Source: Dehalococcoidia bacterium UBA2247 (GTDB lineage: Bacteria > Chloroflexota > Dehalococcoidia > UBA2247). Taken from it: 50,680 nucleotides of DNA. Made by a program: the position numbers and the translations under genes. The number at the start of each line of letters is the position of its first letter. Positions within the stretch are counted from its first letter, which is position 1. The notes below the pieces were generated by a model, which worked only from the letters and a program-made list of their open reading frames with translations, did no database searches and was not told the origin of the DNA. Shown one piece after another: positions 46,201-50,680 of this stretch. The stretch lies in NCBI GenBank assembly GCA_002347295.1, contig DDXZ01000001.1, positions 1-50,680 of the forward strand, given 5' to 3'.

Positions 46201-46684
46201 GCGGTTCTGCCTCCATCCCGACCCTCAGTTCATAACTGGCGGAAGAGAATTTTTCCCGTGAGATTATCTTTCTCATTAAAGCCGGTGCCGATGTGATAAC
46301 AATGGTATTATTTAATGTGGTTCTGTTCTCGGAAGCAGCTTCTGCCAGTGTGGAAAGTATGTGCAGGCGCTCCTGAACGAGCGTACGGCTCGGCGCCAGG
46401 TGTTCATAGGGCAAAGTGTCCAGGTCGGGGAAAAGCAGTATAGTGGTCTTCTCACTGCACCAGACGAGTATCTCATCGTACAATTGCCGGGCGTTATCCG
46501 GTTCAGGGGTAACCAGAAATAAAGGAGAAGTTATCCGGGAGGAGAAAGCGCTAATAACGAACGGTTTGGCTGCATCTGGTACAATAACACGGTGCCGGCT
46601 ATTAGTCTGCGCTACATCCCGTATTAAGCGGGTGTAAGCAGGCATATTATCGATAAGAGAAAGCAAACAACTAAAATCCGCCAA
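43289..46684 (-). CDS. mfd: Transcription-repair coupling factor
   Basis: 1131 aa. UvrB-homology N-terminus, CarD-like RNAP-interaction domain (DYVVHIEHGIGRF) and superfamily-2 helicase motifs (GDVGYGKTEV, DEEQRFG, TATPIPRT, GQV.FV.NR, QLRGRVGRS). Confidence 0.95.
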   Translation of the reverse strand: MADFSCLLSLIDNMPAYTRLIRDVAQTNSRHRVIVPDAAKPFVISAFSSRITSPLFLVTPEPDNARQLYDEILVWCSEKTTILLFPDLDTLPYEHLAPSRTLVQERLHILSTLAEAASENRTTLNNTIVITSAPALMRKIISREKFSSASYELRVGMEAEPLKLLAGWVAMGYQREAAVEMPGMVSRRGGILDIYTPGNDLPARIEFFGNNIESIRFFDPVTQRSLKQIQSLVIAPPGDAFSDTTDSIDISDTLMDYLPENTIFLLNEPLDIKNSAWETEERIEHLRQRCREEEDFAEAEHRPYLTAAELMDSLNRTGTQVQFCRWDSGSETEQSYKLDFSMAPHYGGQLEPLLAGAREMAAGKRRLILITRQAKRMAELLGEEGLNVPVISQLNTLPRPGSLTLIDGALSAGWGTGRLNKTILLTDAELFGIVKPRRYPVRRKTAKPLSLSDFTLGDYVVHIEHGIGRFTGITKMPDDSIEREYLILEYAAGDKLYIPLDQLDRINRYVGAGEGEPVLTRLGTQDWSRLKRRVKESTEKMARDLLALYSERELATGHAYLPDTTWQNELEDSFPFTETPDQAEAVRQVKEDMEKPKCMDRLICGDVGYGKTEVILRAAFKAVMDSRQVAVLVPTTVLAQQHYMTFKQRLAPFPVKIDVLCRFNSRKEQQKILADMADGTVDICIGTHRLLQKDVKFKNLGLVIVDEEQRFGVADKEKLKKMRKEVDFLTASATPIPRTLHLSLAGARDISIMETPPENRLPIKTSVSEYDDKLVREVILREIERKGQVFFVHNRIHNINRITRHLTELIPEAKILVAHGQMANNELEEVMQKFAEGEADILVCTTIIESGLDIPRANTLIINEADSFGLAQLYQLRGRVGRSSERAYAYFLYGKGRRLTSSAEKRLATIFEATDLGVGFQIAMKDLEIRGAGNLLGAEQSGHIAAVGFDLYCRLLAENVARLRAEREKKISEGNLEEETAPSSIMEAHMPTINLPLNAHIPEDYITGVDTRLNFYRRLASIKTPEEVDNVAAEMRDIFGRIPLEVENLLYAVKIKSLAAKASIRSISAEKEYIVLWITENMDIRPSLVTRLRHGGGNWDGKSLMLRRKAGDNSWQKELEELLTELATGRA

Positions 46685-46786
46685 ATTAATATTCCTTTAC
46701 CAACACGTACAGGGCTGGTTATCAAGCCAGCCCACCCCCCGATTTTATCACTCTTTAAGCGGCGCTGTCATTCCGTCACTATCCGC

Positions 46787-46940
46787 GGTAGCGTTCCCTT
46801 TTGGTTGATATTTAAATAGTGATAAATATCCCATACCGACGCGGGTGCCCTTTGGGCAGGGTATCCAGCCTATACACCACCCCTCTGGATTCCGTTTTAC
46901 AACGGAATGGTAGGGAGAACAACCAAAAGGGAACGCTACC
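46787..46940 (+). mobile_element. MITE-like element, copy 2 (about 154 nt)
   Basis: 21-bp perfect terminal inverted repeat ggtagcgttcccttttggttg / caaccaaaagggaacgctacc. Exact 8-bp direct duplication ctatccgc on both flanks (46779-46786 and 46941-46948). The left about 85 nt and right about 35 nt are homologous to copy 1; the centre differs. Confidence 0.8.
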
Positions 46941-47278
46941 CTATCCGCTGTCGTTCTGGATAAGTACAGCTAGCCTGCCCCGTATCAGGTACGGGGTAAA
47001 CTCCAGCGGGAATCCAGGGTATTGTCATTGCGAGGAGGCCATCAGGCCAGGCCGAAGCAATCCGGTGTGGGGGGAACACTACAAACTTCAAACAATTAAC
47101 TGTTTATTAACTCCTGAAAGCTGATTGCCAAAAGCCGACTGCTATTTACCTGCGCATCACCATTCCGATGCAAATCGGAATCCAGCGGTGGGGTATGGCG
47201 GCAGCACAAACCGCAAACTATTAACTGTTTACTAATCTCTGAAAGCTGACGGCTGCTTGCTGAAAGCTATCTCTATTT
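46941..47278. repeat. Mosaic array of short hairpin modules, partly a tandem duplication
   Basis: Modules: ccccgta-tcag-gtacgggg; cgggaatccag; gtcattgcgagg...gccgaagcaatcc; attccgat-gcaa-atcggaatccag (47163-47184). Two 44-nt units, acaaacttcaaacaattaactgtttattaactcctgaaagctga (47081-47124) and acaaaccgcaaactattaactgtttactaatctctgaaagctga (47206-47249), are about 83% identical. Confidence 0.65.
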
Positions 47279-47863
47279 TTATCCTGCCGTTGGTTTTCCT
47301 CCCACCGGCCATGATTTAGTTTCCAGCGGTTTACAGATAATTTCACTGATATGCAGGTCGTGTAATCTATTGGAAGAAGCGGCGGTGGCAACGATGGCGG
47401 TATCGGCACCGCTGCCGGTACCGGCTATGGCAATGACCTTTTCGCCCACCGCTGCTCCACCTCCGTTAGCCGCCATCATGATAATTTCTACGCAGACCTT
47501 CATTCCCTGACAGAAAGTACGCAGCAAAGTAGCTATCAGTGCCGGTGCCAGTGTGCCGTAGAGAGGTTCGGTATGGAAAAGCATTGTTCCGAAGTAGACG
47601 CAGTGACCTTTTTCTTCCAGTTTCCGGACTACCTCTGCCGGGAAAGGCTGTGTCTCCCGGAAGCCATACTGCCAGGGGATAACGACCATTTGAATTCCGG
47701 TTCCGGTAAAACGTTCCGCCGCCAGGCGGGCGGTATCGCCCCGGGTAGAAGCGAGGACAATCTTATTAATGCCTCGTTTTTTTGCCCGCTCGATTACCAG
47801 TTGCAGTGTTTTTTCCGTATTCTCTTTACCCGGCTGCTCAAAATAAGTGATTTTCTCTTCCAT
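47279..47863 (-). CDS. Pyruvate kinase alpha/beta (C-terminal) domain-like protein
   Basis: 194 aa. YFEQPGKENTEKTL...IVLASTRGDTA...GQGMKVCVEIIMMAANGG...IAIAGTGSGADTA is typical of stand-alone PK_C-like proteins, as recalled. Confidence 0.65.
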   Translation of the reverse strand: MEEKITYFEQPGKENTEKTLQLVIERAKKRGINKIVLASTRGDTARLAAERFTGTGIQMVVIPWQYGFRETQPFPAEVVRKLEEKGHCVYFGTMLFHTEPLYGTLAPALIATLLRTFCQGMKVCVEIIMMAANGGGAAVGEKVIAIAGTGSGADTAIVATAASSNRLHDLHISEIICKPLETKSWPVGGKPTAG

Positions 47864-48025
47864 TAATTTCTCTCCTGTTAATTTATACTGTTAAACAAAT
47901 CCGAAGCACGAAATCCGAAATCCGAGACAATATCAAAAGTATAATATTAAATGAACAAAACGTTTCGTTGGTAGTGTTTCGGGAAATTAGATTTGTTTCG
48001 TTTTTCGACATTCGAATTTCGAATT
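47864..48025. repeat. A+C-arm / G+T-arm imperfect palindrome (family copy 3)
   Basis: aaatccgaagcacgaaatccgaaatccgagacaa ... cgtttcgttggtagtgtttcgggaaattagatttgtttcgtttttcgacattcgaatttcgaatttca. Same architecture as 2851-3075 and 26161-26298. Confidence 0.55.
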
Positions 48026-49213
48026 TCATCCTGTCAATCCCGTGACCCATCCCGACGCCCAGGCCCAGGCAAGGTTATAACCCCCTCGCTTCCCGTTCAC
48101 ATCTAAAATTTCTCCGGCGAAATAGACATTCTTCTTTATCCGGGATTCCAGCGTTTCCGGATTGACCTCAGCAACAGCCACGCCGCCGCCGGTGAATTCT
48201 GCCTCATTCCAGCCGCGTGTGCCGCTAATTTTAAAATGCCGTTCTTTTAGAGAAGTAATTATCGCATCAATATCGTCTTTCTCCGGAATACTTTTCAGTA
48301 CCGCGCCGAATTTATTCGGTAAAATACCTGCCAGCAGGTCTTCCGCGGCAACTTTTCCCTTTCTTCGCCTGACGATGATGTTCCGTAATTCTTCTTTCTC
48401 CATAAAGGGCACCATGTCTACGACAAGAGAGACATCGTTTTTATGCTGCCGGTGCAGTGCCAGCGAGATTTCCTCGCTAACATCGAGGATACATGTCCCG
48501 GAAAGGCCATATCTGGTAAAGAGTAGTTCTCCCTGTATGGACTCGCCCGTTTTACCGTCGATGATGCTATGTACCCGTGCTAGGATACGCTGTCCCTGTA
48601 GTAAAAAACAGAGATTGTCCTTTACTACCAGGGGTACGGCGCAGGGGATGGGTTCAATAATGGTATGCCCCAGAGTGCGGGCGATCTCATAAATATTTCC
48701 GTCCGCGCCGAAGGCGGGATATGTTTTCCCGCCGCCCGTAATAATAATCTTTGTGCCGGAGATTTCCTTTCCGTCCTGAGAAGAAACGATAATTCCACTG
48801 CGGGAAGACGAGATGGCGGAACAGTTGAAATTATATTCCACCGGAACGGACAGCCGCTGTAATTCCATCTCCAGTACTTTCAGTACGGAAGCGGCCTGGT
48901 TCGTGACGGGGAAGATACGTCCCTCGCGGGAATAAGTTTTCAGCCCCAGGTTTTCGAAAAAACTGAGCATCCGGGATTTATTAAATTTACGGAATATTGT
49001 TTCTACCAGGGTACGCGCCGTCGCATTATAAAATTCCGGGCGGAGGTCATCGTTAAGCAGATTACAGCGGCCGTTGCCTGAAGCAAGGATTTTTCGTCCC
49101 AGCTGCGGCATCTTCTCGCAGATAACAACAGAGCCTCCTGCCCGTGCGGCACTGATAGAGGCAACAATCCCTGCCGCACCTCCCCCGATAACAATTGTCT
49201 CATAATTTTTCAT
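48026..49213 (-). CDS. HI0933/BaiN-family NAD(P)/FAD-dependent oxidoreductase
   Basis: IVIGGGAAGIVASISAA...GNGRCNLLN start and C-terminal GGYNL.WAW.SG. 395 aa. Confidence 0.85.
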   Translation of the reverse strand: MKNYETIVIGGGAAGIVASISAARAGGSVVICEKMPQLGRKILASGNGRCNLLNDDLRPEFYNATARTLVETIFRKFNKSRMLSFFENLGLKTYSREGRIFPVTNQAASVLKVLEMELQRLSVPVEYNFNCSAISSSRSGIIVSSQDGKEISGTKIIITGGGKTYPAFGADGNIYEIARTLGHTIIEPIPCAVPLVVKDNLCFLLQGQRILARVHSIIDGKTGESIQGELLFTRYGLSGTCILDVSEEISLALHRQHKNDVSLVVDMVPFMEKEELRNIIVRRRKGKVAAEDLLAGILPNKFGAVLKSIPEKDDIDAIITSLKERHFKISGTRGWNEAEFTGGGVAVAEVNPETLESRIKKNVYFAGEILDVNGKRGGYNLAWAWASGWVTGLTG

Positions 49214-49466
49214 CCTGACGTTACTTTAGAATGCTCGCTCTCCTTTCGTCAACTGTATCTCCCCTTACCATCCCGATGAAAATCGGGGGTCCAGAGGAAT
49301 TTTGCCTTATTGTGCACAACCTTTCTCTCGCCTTTGATGGGAGAGACTGAATGAGAGTGAAATGTCATTGCGAGCGAAGCGTGGCAACCTAGTTGTGGGG
49401 GTGAGCTACACAAATCAGAAACTGTCGACTGCGAACCATCCGCTGACTAGTGCCTACGGACAGCTT
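49214..49466. repeat. Mosaic array of short hairpin modules
   Basis: atcccgat-gaaa-atcgggggtccag (49270-49293). A 43-nt module ctttctctcgcctttgatgggagagactgaatgagagtgaaat (49321-49363). gtcattgcgagcgaagcgtggcaacc (49364-49389). Confidence 0.65.
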
Positions 49467-49895
49467 TTATATTAGTTCCGGATGATTTTCTGGCAGCCAT
49501 TGATCAAGCATGGTTTTGAGATTTTTCGCCAGATCAATTACTTCGGAAACTTCCCGTTCGGAGACCATGCCGATTCTCTCATAATCACTTATGTTGCGTT
49601 TCCGGCGGAAATTATCGAACTTCTTAATAGTCTGAACGTCCGGCTGTAAAGTAAAAGCCAGAGATTGAATTGACCAGTAATGATGATTGGCGCCGGCAGC
49701 TAGAGCGGCTATTGTAATCATAAGTGCGGCGTTATAGGCTGTAGCGAATCTTCTATCAGTACTGAGATTAATTACGAGAGCGTCCTTCAGATCACGTTCG
49801 TATACCGATATGAGCTGGTTAATCTCGTTCTTGCGTGTTCTATGTGATTTTAATTTACCTTCATTCAGCCAGTCTGCCAAGCTCATTATCATCAC
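49467..49895 (-). CDS. HEPN-like helical protein, partner of the upstream nucleotidyltransferase (non-canonical motif)
   Basis: 142 aa, all-helical looking. Overlaps the upstream NTase gene by 35 nt. The C-terminal motif FRRKRNISDYE resembles the HEPN R-x4-H site, but has Tyr where His is expected. The family assignment is inferred, not demonstrated. Confidence 0.45.
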   Translation of the reverse strand: MMIMSLADWLNEGKLKSHRTRKNEINQLISVYERDLKDALVINLSTDRRFATAYNAALMITIAALAAGANHHYWSIQSLAFTLQPDVQTIKKFDNFRRKRNISDYERIGMVSEREVSEVIDLAKNLKTMLDQWLPENHPELI

Positions 49896-50511
49896 CTATA
49901 AGAAAAATCTTATCTTCTTCAAGTACCGTTTTCACAAAGTAGTGGTCTTCCCGAATTTTTTTTCGGAACTCAGAGACAGGATAAACCACAATATTTATTT
50001 CCCGATGCAGAGATTCTTCTGCCGGAGTTAATATGGTAATTGCTTCGTCGAAAGTAATTTCTCCAATAAGCATTACATCAATATCACTGGCTTTACTATC
50101 TGCGCTACGGGCAATCGAACCGAAGATAAAAGCAACCCTGATTTTATCTGTGTCTTTTTCCAGGGCTTTCCGGATAACATCGGCGACCCCGAATGTTTTT
50201 CGTACAATGTTTTTAAGTTCGTTAAATATTAGTGAATCGGGATTAGCTTGATAATATACATGATTACCTCGTATCGTGCGCAATATAATTGCGGCATCGG
50301 TAAGCTGCCGTAATTCCCGCTGCAAAGGGCCGAGTCCCACTCCGGTAAGCCGTACAATCTGGCGCAGATAATAAGCTTCATTCGTGTTTCCATAAAGCAG
50401 GGCCAGGACAAGGCGGCGTGTTTTACCAAAAAGCGTTGTACCAATGGTATTATCAAAGAGCTTTGTAATCATATTGATTACAATCGTAACCTTTATAGTT
50501 ACATTAGTCAA
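49861..50511 (-). CDS. Winged-helix (ArsR-like) plus minimal nucleotidyltransferase (MNT) fusion protein
   Basis: N-terminal wHTH (RRLVLALLYGN...YYLRQIVRLTGVGLGPLQRELRQL). NTase motif FGSIARSADSKASDIDVMLIG (GS-x10-DxD). Confidence 0.75.
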   Translation of the reverse strand: MTNVTIKVTIVINMITKLFDNTIGTTLFGKTRRLVLALLYGNTNEAYYLRQIVRLTGVGLGPLQRELRQLTDAAIILRTIRGNHVYYQANPDSLIFNELKNIVRKTFGVADVIRKALEKDTDKIRVAFIFGSIARSADSKASDIDVMLIGEITFDEAITILTPAEESLHREINIVVYPVSEFRKKIREDHYFVKTVLEEDKIFLIGDDNELGRLAE

Positions 50512-50606
50512 GTTTTATGCTAGAGTGCAGTCGCTCCCTACTTGATATAGGAAAGAGTTTTGGGGGGGGAGGATTCTTTAATTATAAATCTTATCTCGTC
50601 AATCAT

Positions 50607-50680
50607 CTTCCTCTCTCCCTTGATGGGAGAGACTGAGTGAGAGTGAAATTGTTCCTCTTCCTATTGTCATTCCCGCCTCC
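50607..50680. repeat. Hairpin-module array (second copy of the 43-nt module, then gtcattcccgc..., truncated by the window end)
   Basis: cttcctctctcccttgatgggagagactgagtgagagtgaaat (50607-50649) matches 49321-49363 at 39 of 43 positions, in the same orientation. Confidence 0.65.

Noticed and set aside
43105-46940. Composite transposon carrying mfd, bounded by the two MITE-like elements
   Set aside because: Each element has its own 8-bp flanking duplication (ataata(a/g)t and ctatccgc). This indicates two independent insertions rather than one mobilisation of the whole segment. mfd is also a core gene.
46819-47124. 101-aa ORF (and the ORFs at 33-242, 157-462 and 163-447)
   Set aside because: They run entirely through MITE and hairpin-module repeats. 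Their peptides (for example SFPRTRESR and VIPAHAGIQ-type strings) are the usual translation artefacts of such repeats.
49321-49400. Integron attC-like sites flanking the NTase/HEPN cassette (ggcaacctagttgt contains a GTTG/CAAC palindrome)
   Set aside because: There is no RYYYAAC...GTTRRRY pair with the expected spacing and extrahelical-base architecture. No intI gene is present. The same modules occur next to housekeeping genes.

Overview
Single bacterial chromosomal window, about 80-85% coding. I cannot assign a lineage from sequence alone. The gene content (Acs, SatP, a relic 2-oxoacid:ferredoxin oxidoreductase, several B12-radical-SAM enzymes) and the repeat types suggest an uncultivated anaerobe.

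Layout:
- 1-11.5 kb: a sugar-nucleotide (heptose) tailoring cluster, bracketed by a dead IS256-family element and a dead rve-type transposase gene.
- 11.6-15.8 kb: an ECF sigma/anti-sigma pair beside three secreted-protein genes. All four transcription units carry the same TGTAACAA-N14-CGTT promoter-like motif.
- 16-25 kb: housekeeping genes (tatD-like, metG, satP-like, rsmI, yggS, corA, PPIase) plus a decayed oxidoreductase operon.
- 25.4-26.4 kb: a 7-gene tRNA array, followed by an AT-rich islet with a Vat-type acetyltransferase and an IS3 fragment.
- 28-42 kb: more housekeeping genes (folE, hom, rpsF-ssb-rpsR, glyA, uvrC, acs), a second B12-radical-SAM gene and two HAD hydrolases.
- 42.4-43.05 kb: a RAYT-type Y1 transposase with its REP hairpins.
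- 43.1-46.9 kb: mfd, flanked by two MITE-like elements that have perfect about 20-bp terminal inverted repeats and 8-bp target duplications.
- 49.5-50.5 kb: a nucleotidyltransferase/HEPN-like gene pair bracketed by direct repeats.

The intergenic DNA is unusually rich in three repeat families: REPs, short 'hairpin...ATCCAG' modules arranged in mosaics, and long imperfect palindromes with an A+C-rich arm and a G+T-rich arm.

The candidates I consider most worth follow-up are:
- the heptose cluster chemistry (a His-for-Lys 3-dehydratase-type enzyme, a split transketolase and a B12-rSAM);
- the ECF regulon;
- the MITE pair;
- the REP copy inside the RAYT gene;
- an orphan promoter driving a roughly 300-nt structured region at 34.5 kb.

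All functional calls come from reading the translations and motifs by eye. No database search was run.
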